Assembly (NCBI RefSeq): GCF_006345805.1
Contig: NC_043010.1
Coordinates: 18,476,001 to 18,540,000, forward strand
Direction: 5' to 3'
DNA: 64,000 bases
Source: Octopus sinensis
Lineage: Eukaryota
The notes under the pieces: model-generated
What the model saw: only the letters and a program-made list of their open reading frames with translations
Told to the model about the DNA's origin: nothing
Database searches by the model: none
Part shown: piece after piece, positions 11,112 to 22,890 of the stretch
How positions within the stretch are numbered: position 1 is the stretch's first letter
How the letters are laid out: every line of letters begins with the position of its first letter
Made by a program: the position numbers and the translations under genes

Positions 11112-11620
11112 AGACCTATTATAGTATAAAATGCAATTATAATTAAGGGTAGGGAGGCATAAGGTGCCTATATGCTGAAGATAGATGCTAAATCCGTCTA
11201 AACTCACCAAATCATCAATTTAGAATTTATGCATGTTGAAAGCGAGGAAGTCGACCGACAGAAATTCATAGAATAATTCAGACAGTTTTGGATTGACCAA
11301 TTCCTGGATTAGTTCCATAACTTTTCCTTCATCAGCAAAACATACCGAGCGAAATAAAGGAAATATTTATACATTCCCACAGAAATGCTCACGCAAAACT
11401 ACGATTAAATATCACAAATATATGCGCATAGAGAGGTAATCCTGAAATTGGTCAATCCAAAACTGTCTGAATTATTCTATAAATTTCTCTCAGTCTCCTT
11501 CCTCGCTTTCAATGTGTGTAAATTATAAAGTGATTATTTAGCGGTGTTAGACGGACTTAGCGTCTATCTTCAGCATATAGGCACAGAATCCTCTGCACCC
11601 TTTTATACTATTATAAATCT
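11112..11620. mobile_element. Diverged fold-back Penelope-like insert
   Basis: ~11165-11311 is inverted relative to 11437-~11586. Hammerhead in the left arm. TA-rich flanks. Confidence 0.7.
11285..11341 (-). ncRNA. Type I hammerhead ribozyme, core mutated (GAAA to GGAA)
   Basis: Minus strand: gttttg CTGATGA agga...tcca GGAA ttggtcaa TC caaaac. The opposite arm (11440-11463) retains tcct GAAA ttggtcaa TC caaaac. Confidence 0.65.
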
Positions 11621-12348
11621 ATATATATGAATTTACCTAAATAGGGCTATTTTATATGCAGGCCACAGATAAAATTTTTAATAATTTTACCATTTAATTA
11701 TATGTGTGTGTATGAATGTATGTATATATATGTATATAGTAAAAAGAAATATATCAAACGAAAGAAAATGCACACATTTTATATATTTTTTATATATTCT
11801 ATAAAATAGAATACATATATATACATATGTATATATATACATGAATGCATACATATATATACATATATGCATGCAGACAAATATATACATATATGCATGC
11901 ATACAAATATATACATATATGCATGCATACAAATATATACATATATGCATGCATACAAATATATACTTATATGCATGCATATATACATACATGTACATAC
12001 ATGCATGCATACATACATACATGCATACATACATGCATACATACATACATACATGCATACATACATACATGCATGCATATATATATATGCATGCATGCAT
12101 GTACATACATACATACATGCATGCATATGACGAGGCTGATGACGAGCAAAGACTCAGAAACTAGTCTCTGAATGCAGGCTTAGCTGGGTGGAGGTGCTTG
12201 TCTCCCCCTTGTAAAGACAAGGACGCGGAAAATGTGTCTAGGCCGACAGGAAGCGTTGATGCTTCCTAGGGCAAAATAGCAGTGGTGTGATTCCCTCCAT
12301 AGGACTATCACATTAAGTTGACAGTATACAACTGCTCTACATATATAT

Positions 12349-12400
<52 letters not shown>

Positions 12401-12654
12401 ATTGATTATATAAACATATATATGAATATATGCGCATATATACTCACACATGCAAAGAGATAGACAGACACACAGACTGACTGACCAATAAGCAGGCAGT
12501 CAGATGAACAGACAGGCAGATAGACAAAATCTTGTTAAATGTTACTGATGAAAATATCTTATCTCCTTGCTGCAATGAATAGAAATTAGGTAACTAATTA
12601 AGGCATTTAATTAGCTCTGTTTGCGATTCCAGCGCGACTAGTGGTTGCAAGAAC

Positions 12655-12668
12655 GTTGCTATGGAAAC
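12655..12668 (+). promoter_or_regulatory. RFX X-box-like motif
   Basis: GTTGCTATGGAAAC matches the X-box consensus and lies in non-repetitive sequence. Single motif only. Confidence 0.25.
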
Positions 12669-12774
12669 AACAGCTATATATGATCATTGATAGTGTTTTT
12701 ACATCTATACGCATATATGTAAAGACAACGCATACACACACATATACTCGCACTCATATATATATATATATATC

Positions 12775-13061
12775 ACCGTGATCACCGTGACAGACCAGGC
12801 TATCAGATGTTGCTACACATCGCTGGTCGCAATGCGCTTCGCATTGTTTTAGCCTTTAAATGACGCCACCCCGCTGGCTAAGCGAGCAGGCCAACAGAAG
12901 AAAGAGTGAGAGAAAGTTGTGGATCGCCACCATCCCCTGACGGAGCCTCGTAGAGCTTTAGGTGTTTCTGCTCAATAAACACTCACAACGCCCGGTCTGG
13001 GAATCGAAACCGCAATCCTACAACCGCGAGTCCGCTGCTCTAACCAGTGGGCCATTGTGCC

Positions 13062-13062
<1 letters not shown>
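12775..13062 (-). mobile_element. tRNA-derived SINE
   Basis: Minus-strand head ggcacaaTGGCCCACTGGttag...gGTTTCGATTCCc (Pol III A/B boxes). Related pieces at 37710-37810 and 38733-38820. Confidence 0.8.
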
Positions 13063-13147
<85 letters not shown>

Positions 13148-13459
13148 ATATACACGCATACATATACCTACATACATATACACACATACATATATACACA
13201 TATATACACACACATATATACACATATATACACACACATATATACACATATATACACACACACATATATACACACACATATATACACACACACATATACA
13301 CATATATATACACACACACACATATATACCACACATATATACACACACACACACATATATACCACACATATATATACACACACACACACACACATACACA
13401 CACACACACATATATATATATACACACACACACACACATATATACACACACACACACAC

Positions 13460-13490
<31 letters not shown>

Positions 13491-13638
13491 TATATCTATA
13501 CCACACACACACACATATATATATATGCACACACACACATATATATATACACCACACAACATATATTATATACACACAACACAACATATATATATACACA
13601 CACACACACATAATATATATATATACACACACACAAAC

Positions 13639-13669
<31 letters not shown>

Positions 13670-13847
13670 TATATATATACACACACACACAGATATATAT
13701 ATATACACACACACACATATATATAATACACACACAACACACATATATATATATACACCACACACACACAATACATATATATTACACACACCACACATAT
13801 ATATATATACACACACACACATTATATATATATATACACACACACAT

Positions 13848-13934
<87 letters not shown>
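13063..13934. repeat. (CA)n/(TA)n compound microsatellite
   Basis: Visible simple repeat; source of the HT/YI/CV ORFs. Confidence 0.95.
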
Positions 13935-13937
<3 letters not shown>

Positions 13938-14309
13938 AAATAATATTTGTCTCTGCTAATAGAAAAAAAATGGTTTATAGGACAGCAAAAGAAATGCTCA
14001 AATATAAACGAGACGAAGATAATGAAGCATTGGCTATAGAACATACAATAAATTTGAGGTCAACGACTTTACATACAACCCCAACCCTCAAACATTTAAT
14101 CATATATAAAAATCACCATGGTTCCCAAATACATAAAGAAATAATACATATACATAAAATCACAGAAAGTAAAAATATATAATCGAATAAAATACAAATA
14201 GAACGGCCTATCAAAAAATGTTAAATATAAACGGCTAAAAATTCAATAATTACCAAAAAAACCAATAGACAAATATAAAATAAGTAAAGGTAAACATAAA
14301 ATAAATATC

Positions 14310-14716
14310 GGATCTTTTCGGTTTGAACGGCTGTTATTTAAAATAATTTCCACGTAACTAAACACTTTTAAACTTCCTATACTGGTAGAATGTGTTTATA
14401 AAACATCTTTTTCTCTTGGCTTTAGTGAGAAAATTCTATAGGTTGTAACATATTTGTTGTTTTTTTTCTGCAATTCAACCAATCACTGACGTCTATTGAG
14501 GTAAATAACATTCTGTGCCGTATGAATATGTCCCTCGTTTAAGAAACAGATTGGGTTTATTTACATTTGTGAAGAAAAAATGATACCCTTACCCCAACCC
14601 CTAACCCTAACCCTAAAAAAGATTGAAATGCAATAGATCGATACTAGGGTCATAATTATGGGTGACAATTTCATATGACACCACAAGAAAAACTGCCGTT
14701 CAAATCGAAAAGATCC
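14310..14716 (-). mobile_element. Merlin-like MITE, copy A (CCCTAA orientation)
   Basis: TIR ggatcttttcggtttgaacggc. Flanks taaatatc/taaataat (6/8). Absent from the opposite fold-back arm. Confidence 0.85.
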
Positions 14717-15440
14717 TAAATAATAACCACAAAAGTTTTATCACACGATTAAAATATTTTTTTAAAAATTTAATTATTTTTTTTAAATATTTGAAAAAAA
14801 TATTTGAAAAATGACTTTTACTTCCCTCATTCAAGTACATCCAAAGTTCATAAGTAAACAGACTTCCGCAGGTCAAATTCACAGACATCACGAACAGTCT
14901 TTTACTCCCTCCACACTAGTATGCCCAAAAGTTCATAACGAGCAGACTTCACAGGTCAAATTCAACATTCACATACATCTATGGCCATTTCGGGAGCTCA
15001 CCACCGCAGTTTATTTACACTAAAGTGCAATACAGCGATAACCCCCGCCTCATCAAGATAAACAGGAGACAGGAGACATGAATAGATACATTTTTTTTTA
15101 AGAAAAGCTTATACTTTTTAATGAAAAGCTTATATAATTTAAAAGAAAAAACTATCAACGGACCAATCCAAATTTTCTAATTTAAAAGAAAATCCTATCG
15201 ACGGACCAGTCCAAATTTTCTAATAAAAAAAAAAGTCTATTGCTAAACACTTAGGTGGATTTAGTTAACAGAAATTCAACGTTGCCGGTTTCAAATTACC
15301 GTAACGCTAAACAATTTATTTTTTTTTAGAAAATTTGGACTGGTCTGTTGGTGGATTTTTCTTTTAAATTATGTAAGCTTTCCATAAAAGTATAAGTTTT
15401 TCTTTAAAAAACTTTAATCTGTTTGTGTGCCCTGTTTGAT

Positions 15441-16103
15441 TGCTTGGAGTTTCATTGTTGAGTTGTTATTGTTTTTGCTGCTTTGCAGCGGTTCACTTGT
15501 TGTGCTTTCTCTCTGTGATAGATGGTCAGGTATTCCTCGGCTAATTCTGCATATTCGGATATCAGCGAATACGAGTTGTCGTCATCGGAGGAGGAGCTCT
15601 TGAGAGCGGTGCAAAAAATGGACAGGTGTTTGGAAAAAAAAGGCCTTCGCGGAAGCAACGGAAATTCGTAGAAAGGAGGTGAACCTAAAGAATTTGAGAA
15701 GGTTCGAAAATATGGTGGATAGTGGAAGGAAAAAAAAACGAGCGAACACAAGGAAAATCACGGCAGAAATGTTTTGCGGTGCCTAAGAGTAGATTGAAGG
15801 ATGTATACGAATGCAGAGGTGGTTATTCAGTTTGGAGAATTGACTGCAATATGGAAGAGATACCAGAAAATATAAGATACGATGAACTAACTGACAAATA
15901 CGGCAATGGCATGCCGGTGACCGAAGGAATGAAGGATCTAAGTGACGCTATCTGAGGTGGGGCAGGTGGCCCATTTCCATGTATCATCTTCATTTTTCAT
16001 GCATTATATCATACGGTTTTGTTTTGTTTTATATGTTTTATGTCCCCACATGTTCGTGTAATGTCCCCTCTTCGATGGCCACTTGTGGGTAATAAAAAAA
16101 TCA
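15441..16103 (+). mobile_element. Probable LINE-derived insert with 3' tail shared with SINEs
   Basis: GC-richer, decayed coding-like sequence ending tgtcccctct..cttgtgggtaataaaaaaat, similar to the SINE tail at 45396-45437. Confidence 0.4.
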
Positions 16104-16950
16104 TTTCTTAAAAAATTTTGATCTGTGCGTGTCTCCTGTTTCCTGTTGATCTTTATGATGGGGTCAGCGCCATGTTGCACTTTAGTGTAAATAAACTGCG
16201 GTGGTGAGCTCCCGAATTGGCCATAGATATATGTAAATGCTGAGTTTGACCTGTGCAGTCTGCTCCTTATGAACTTTTGGACATGCTAGTGTGGAGGGAG
16301 TGAAAGACTGTTTTCAAGATGTATGGGAATTTGACCTGCGGAAGTCTGTTTACTTATGAATTTTGGATGTACTTGTATAAGGAAAGTAAAAGTCTTTTTC
16401 AAATATTTTTTCAAATATTTTTTTTAAATAATTACATCTTTTAAAAAATATTTTAATCGTCTGATAAAACTTTTTTAGTGGATATTTATTTTATTTTTAC
16501 CTTTACTTATTTTATCTTTGTCTATTGGGTTTTTTGGTAGTTATTGAATTTTTAGCCGTTTATATTTAACATTTTTGATAGGCCGTTCTATTTGTATTTT
16601 ATTCGATTATATATCTTTACCTTCTGTGATTTTATGTATATGTATTATTTTTTAATGTATTTGGGAACCATGGTGATTTTTATATATGATTAAATGTTTG
16701 AGGGGTGGCGTTGTATGCAAAGTCGTTGACCCAAACTCATTGTTTGTTCTATAACCGATGCTTCTTAATACATATACATATATATACATATATGCATATT
16801 TATACATATATATATGTATGCATATATCTCTCTATCTATCTATCTATCTGTCTATTTATCTATCTAATCTATCTATCTATCTATCTATCTCTCTCTCTCT
16901 CTCTCTCACTCTCCCTCATCTCTCCTCTCTCTTCTATATTATATAATATA

Positions 16951-16985
<35 letters not shown>

Positions 16986-17163
16986 CATATTATAATGTCT
17001 GCATATTTGTATATATATATGTGTGCGTATGCATATATGTATGTGTGTATGTGAGTGTGTGTGTATAATGCATATATATATATATTTGCAAAAACACTCA
17101 CACAAACACACACACGCACCAGTATGTGTATATGTGTGTCTGTTTATGTATTATGTATGCATG

Positions 17164-17195
<32 letters not shown>

Positions 17196-17289
17196 TGTAT
17201 GTATGTATGTATGAATGTATTTACGTATGTATGTGTGTGGAAAAGAAACGTAGTTAAAGCTGCACTTTTAAGAAACTTTCTTTTCGATG

Positions 17290-17581
17290 CAAGCCGATTA
17301 TAGCCCCGTCTGCCCTCACTTCCGGTCCCCTTCGCCGTCTGGATATTGCACACTGCACGCCTTCCTGCGTCGGTTTCATTGCCTGCCTCGCTGTTCGGTT
17401 TTCTCTTGTGGCGGTCTCACTCGCCACCGAGGAAGACACCAACTGACTGCCTCGCGGTCGCGCCTCCACCTCTGCCTCTCGTTGCGGCCCGAGAGTGATG
17501 TTCGCTGAGTGTCTGCTGTATGTTCATTGAGAAAAAATTAGAGAGTGCAGAGCAAGCCTCCACCGGATTGCGTACGTAAGT
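17290..17581 (+). promoter_or_regulatory. CpG-rich island: candidate promoter / first exon ending at a GTAAGT donor
   Basis: ETS core cacttccggt at ~17317. ATG at 17520 is open (MFIEKKLESAEQASTGLR..) to ac|GTAAGT at 17576. Confidence 0.35.
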
Positions 17582-17683
17582 GATTATAAAAACCACTTTC
17601 TTAAAGTGCATTTTGAAATTTTGAACTTCCTTTCTTTATACTTCAACTCGTGCAGGAAATTTTAAAAAATCTTTTTCTACTGT

Positions 17684-17739
<56 letters not shown>

Positions 17740-18379
17740 TGTGCCTGTGTGTGTGTGTGAGTGAGTGAGTGTGTGTGCACATATATATATATATGTACGT
17801 GTTTTATATATGTACGTGTGCATGTATGTATGTATGCATTTATGTATGTATGTATGCATTTATGTATGTATGTATGTATGTATGTATGTATGCATTTATG
17901 TATGTATGTATGTATGTGTATGTATGTATGTATGTATGCATTTATGTATGTATGTATGTATGTATGTATGTATGTATGTATGTATGTATGTATGTATGCA
18001 TTTATGTATGTATGTACGTAGGTAGATTCCAGGGAGTGACAAGTTAAAAAAGATGCTATGTCCGGTTGGTTAACCATAAATTTAGTTACGAGAGAAAAAC
18101 AAATGTGAATCGAGAGTAGCTGATTTGTTGTCGTATGAACTCAACTCGCTCTGTCTGTGAGCTGGATCGGAGATCTGGATCGATGAGCTGGATCGGAGAG
18201 CTGGATCGTTGAGCTGGTTCGGAGAGCTGGATGGTAAAGTTTGTTATCGAATGACTTCCTGTTAGCCAATTGAGGGACGTTTTTTTTTCTTCTTTTTTTC
18301 TTTTAGATCTGATCTCAAATATCAGTGTATGCGGTAGCCTCACCGTCCTAAGTATGGTGGCCACCCTTCATTGCGGATT

Positions 18380-18550
18380 TCCTTTGAGCTTTGTAGAAGG
18401 TTGTAGTTGTCGCTGACTGAAATGTTTTCGGGTTCTAGGTTCTTAAAAGAGAGACTAGGATTTTGTGATGTAGATTCTGCGTTTGCCAGAAGACACCCTC
18501 AGTACCAGTCAGACTCAGCATTTGTAGGGACCTTGAAATTCTCAGTTGTA

Positions 18551-18586
<36 letters not shown>

Positions 18587-19070
18587 CTGTAGTGGTGTAG
18601 GTTATTGCTTTTTCGTTTATATGTGATAGTTGTGTTTTTGAAAGAGTTGAAATTAATGTGGTTCCTATGGACAATGTTTCCGAAGTCAGTATTCAGGATA
18701 TTAAGTGTATATTTGTCATGATGTGTCTGGATTTCCACAAGGAAAGTATTTGGCTGCCAAAGGTTGGGGTAGAATTAAAAGCGGTATCCTCTGTGTCGAA
18801 GTGGGCGTTGTCGGACGTGGTCCCAAGAAGGTCTGTGACGAATAGAAAGACTTGTGGAAGGGGAACAAACAGAGCCTTGGAAGACATCAGAAGGGATGAT
18901 ATGGGAATCAGTTAGTTGCGTCCATCATTACACGCCTCGACGGTTCGATCTGACAGGAAGCTGTCGATCCAAGAGAAGAAACATCGATGGAACCAATAGA
19001 TGGACAGGTTTCACAGACATTTGCTGACTTGACACTCTTGAATGTTATATACCACAGAACCTCCCAAAAC
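18380..19070 (-). mobile_element. Highly decayed LINE RT fragment (CR1/L2/Jockey-group-like)
   Basis: Minus-strand pieces WIDSFLSDR, DVFQGSV and FLFVTDLL..HFDTEDT correspond to WI.SFLS.R / GVPQGSV / YADDT. Confidence 0.55.
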
Positions 19071-19149
19071 TAGGCATCAATATTTGAACATTGTCTATTT
19101 CCTTATTGTTGTTTCACTTCAAAGATGGAAATAAAGTGATCGGGAAATT

Positions 19150-19930
19150 ACGGAATATCTCAATGTCCTGCTCTCTGTGTTTCTCTCCTTAAATATTCGA
19201 TCAGTTATGCGAAAACAATGATATCACTAAAACAAATCGATGCCGACGCCATTCTTCGAGCAAGAAACTCCGTATTATCTTTTCTAAAACTCGCCTTAGA
19301 TGAAAAAAAAAAAACGGAATTCGATGTTAATATAGGAGGGACTTTGTCTGCGGATATGTTTTATTCCGTCAAAGATTCTCACGTATTTCTGAAGGACTCT
19401 GTAGAGATGATGGAATTAACTTACTTAGAAAGTTTAAATTCCGAAAATATAAATTCAGAAAGGTAAATTCCGAAAAAATTCTTTGACTTTTTCATTAACA
19501 AGTTCTCTAATCCCCTAAAGAAAATCTTTAATAACCCCGATCACAACGTATCACTCAGAATTTTTAGATTATCCTCTTTGAAAAACATACACATCACGAT
19601 AACGAAGCTTTAAAAAACAGACTCAAAGAAGAAAAGCATAGAAATAGAAGATGCAATTATAATATGGTACAATATGCCATGCAACCTACCATTAAAGACT
19701 TTCAACTCTTACAAAAATACTTTCCATCTGGGTTAGAAATCCAACAAGTTCAAAATATAAACAACCGAATTCCAATTCTTTCGTCAATAATTTCTCACAA
19801 AGAATAGCAAATATCAACCAAACAGAACTTAGACAAAACCTGGAAATAACGCCAATAACAGCGACCGTAATAATAGCAACTTTTATCATTTACAAAGAAA
19901 ACACCTTTACTGAGGAAATGGTTTATTGTT
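19150..19930 (+). mobile_element. Decayed Penelope-like (Neptune-type) RT fragment
   Basis: ILRARNSVLSF...KKKTEFDVNIGG resembles ARKSLLF...KK..FDVTMGS. ataatatggtacaatatgccatgcaac = IIWYNMPCN resembles IIWYNPPFN. Confidence 0.6.
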
Positions 19931-20029
19931 CTGCTGTTCATAGCATTCTTTCCAATCCCATGCCCACCGCCTCCCTATCCTAAGTTCTACTTTCCCGATC
20001 TGTCAACGTCTTACGCACACCGTCAGTCC

Positions 20030-20572
20030 CTCTTACGATTGATATGGCGAAACGCCAGAAAGCTAAACTGATTCCACGTGAACTACTTGAGAAAGCTGTT
20101 GAGAAATCACCTGGCAAGACAAGGTCCCGGACACGAAGGTCCTCTCTCGAACTGATCTGTCAAGCATTTACACACTGCGCAAGTGAGGTGGCCAGGCCAG
20201 CTTGTTCGAATGCTCGGCACGCGTATCTGCAAGGGATTGTTTTACAGGGAGCTGACGAAAGGACATGCTGAAAGCATGGCTGAAGAGCTTTGAGATCAAC
20301 TCCGGCACCTGGGAAGTGCAAGCACAAGACCGCCCTGCCTGGCAAAGCTGCACCAACATAGATTCCACTTCCTACGAACACAAAAGGATTGCAGGCGCAC
20401 AAAGGAAACTCAAGTCCAAAGCCACCTCCTTGCCTTTAGTCCCAACAGTGCCCGACCTGCACCAGAGCCTTCTGAGCACAGATCGGACTGATTGGCCACA
20501 ATCTGACACAATGTGTCCCGCGTTCTCCTCACAGGCGATGTCCTTGGTCATCGTCGACAGCGACGGATGAAC
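20030..20572 (+). mobile_element. RTE (BovB-like) LINE 3' fragment
   Basis: NYLRKLL / ITWQDKVPDTKVLSR and LKAWLKSFEINSGTWEVQAQDRPAW. Tail ggtcatcgtcgacagcgacggatgaac. Confidence 0.8.
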
Positions 20573-20816
20573 TAAAATATTGAATTGACTGCAACTTCAT
20601 TCAAAAGCATCTCTTTTTCATTTTATAACCAAAGTGAAAATTCTAGCAAATCCATGCCTGGATTCATTTGGAAATTAAAACTAAATGGAAATTAAAAGCA
20701 ACTAACACATCTTATAATACTTCTTGTAAAGTTATCTCACGTACCAAACCTGACTAAAATAACAATCAGCTTTGCCAACTTTGTACTATACAAACGTTTA
20801 TTTACAATTTATTAAG

Positions 20817-21259
20817 GGATCTTTTCGGTTTCAACGGCAGTTTTTTTCTTGCGGTGTCATATGAAATTGTCACCCATAATTATGACTCTAGTATCGATCT
20901 ATTGCATTTCAATCTGTTTTAGGGTTAGGGTTAATTGGGGTTAGTTAAGGTTAGTTAGGATTAGGGTTAGGGGTGGGGGAAGGGTATCTTTTTTTCTTCA
21001 CAAATGTAAATAAACCCAATCTGTTTCTTAAACGAGGGACATTTTCATACGGCACAGAATGTTTTCACCTCAATAGACCGTCATTGATTGGTTGAAATTG
21101 AAGAAAAAAACAACAAATATCTTACAAACTATAGAATTTTCTCACTAAAGCCAAGAGAAAAAGATGTTTTATAAACACATTCTACCAGTATACGAAGTTT
21201 AAAATTTTTTAGTTACCTAGAAATTATGTTAAAAACTGCTGTTCAAACCGAAAAGATCC
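20817..21259 (+). mobile_element. Merlin-like MITE, copy B (TTAGGG orientation)
   Basis: TIRs ggatcttttcggttt / aaaccgaaaagatcc. Perfect 8-bp TSD ttattaag. Confidence 0.9.
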
Positions 21260-21684
21260 TTATTAAGTATTCTGAAATAATTCTTTCTTACCGATACCGA
21301 ACTGACAAAAAAAAAAACTTAAAACCCTCCAAAATTACAAGTATATCTTCTAAATGTCATCATTATGGATGTTATGAAGTAATTTTACTTCTTGCTACCA
21401 ACGGTTAAAATGTTTGTGAATTTTCATCTGTGCGAATCTAAGCCACATGGAAAGACGGATGCAATGATATCGCGTATATGTGATGTTGTTTTTTATACCG
21501 AAGTGCCTGACTTGTACCACCATGTGAACAAGTACACATCTGCATGTTCACTTATATGTGTGTGTTTTCATATACAAATACGTACACCCACTCACATGTG
21601 CAGATTCTTGTTTTTATTAATTTTAATTTATTTCTATATTGTAAAGCAGTATCTAATTGTAAGCATAAGTACATACATACATAC

Positions 21685-21718
<34 letters not shown>

Positions 21719-21751
21719 CATATGATGTTCGCTGCAATTTCCATAATATAT

Positions 21752-21985
21752 ATATTTCTTTATAGCCCACAGGGGGCTAAACACAGAGGGGACAAACAAG
21801 GACAGACAAACGGATTAAGTCGATTACATCGATCCCAGTGAGTAACTGGTACTTATTTAATCGACCCCGAAAGGATGAAAATCAAAGTCGAACTCGGCGG
21901 AATTTGAACTCAGAACGTAGCGGCAGACGAAATACCGCTCAGCATTTCGCCCGGCGTGCTAACGCTTCTGCCAGCTCGCCGCCTT
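21752..21985 (-). mobile_element. tRNA-derived SINE with Nin/Deu-like central domain
   Basis: Reverse complement of the family at 45205-45437 (B box gagttcaaattcc; ttcatcctttcggggtcgattaaataagtacc). Confidence 0.8.
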
Positions 21986-22031
21986 TTGTATATCTAGATT
22001 ACAAAACATTATATGCTCTACCCACCCCTTC

Positions 22032-22073
<42 letters not shown>

Positions 22074-22258
22074 GTCTCACACACACACTCTCGTCCTTTA
22101 TTTATTTAACCAAGTCTTCAATATTTATTTATATCTATTACCCCATATACGTTCAGTCCTGCGCTTATTAAAATTTTATATAGCATCAAGACGATTTTAC
22201 GCATATCTTTAAAATACGATCTCATTTCTTCACTTTCTGTTTGTTTGCATACACACAC

Positions 22259-22322
<64 letters not shown>

Positions 22323-22504
22323 CACACACACACACACACATATCAAGAGCGGATAGTTTCGTACGTTGACACTTTGAAATGTGGCAACGCACGAAACTCT
22401 CGGCCGTTGAGTCACTTTGTTGCTTCTGATAAATATTAATAAAAATATTCATATACTCATATGTTGAGTTCTATTTTTGCTGCTTGCATCGCCACGCACA
22501 TACA

Positions 22505-22697
22505 TATTTTTTTATTCTCTTACTTTTTTCAGTCATTTGACTGCGTCCATGCTGGAGCACTGCCTTTAGTCGAACAAATTGACCCCAGGACTTATTCTTT
22601 GTAAGCCTAGTACTTGTTCTCTAGGTGTCAAGCGATGGTAAGGGAACAAACACAGACACATAAATAAATAAATACGCACGCACACACACACACACAG

Positions 22698-22742
<45 letters not shown>

Positions 22743-22890
22743 GCCGAGCTTCTTTGAGTTTCCGTCTATCAAATCCACTCACAATCCTTTGGTCGGCCTG
22801 GGGTTATAGTAGAAGATACTTGCCCAAGATACCACGCAGTGGGACTGAACCCGGAACCATGTGGTTAAGAAGCAAGCTTCTTACCAGCCA
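22505..22890 (-). mobile_element. tRNA-derived SINE(s) split by (CA)n
   Basis: Shared blocks gctggagcac, gaccccaggacttattctttgtaagcctagtac and gggactgaacccggaaccatgtgg. Confidence 0.75.

Larger units (their letters stand above)
14025..16763. repeat. Large diverged fold-back element (arms ~0.8 kb excluding insertions) with nested insertions
   Basis: 14025-15230 is inverted relative to 15320-15440 plus 16104-16763, e.g. aaaatcaccatggttccc / gggaaccatggtgatttt and gagctcaccaccgcagtttatttacactaaagtgcaa / its complement. Confidence 0.8.

Noticed and set aside
12990-13062. tRNA gene
   Set aside because: A/B boxes run on into a multi-copy SINE body; no proper acceptor stem or T-run terminator.
15040-15065. 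Hammerhead core in the large fold-back (minus TTGATGA)
   Set aside because: C3 missing and no properly placed GAAA or stems.
18160-18232. gagctggatc 12-13-bp minisatellite
   Set aside because: Six short units with no further structure; ordinary slippage repeat.
20915-20980. True telomere or chromosome-fusion scar
   Set aside because: TTAGGG tracts are short and always internal to the same MITE.
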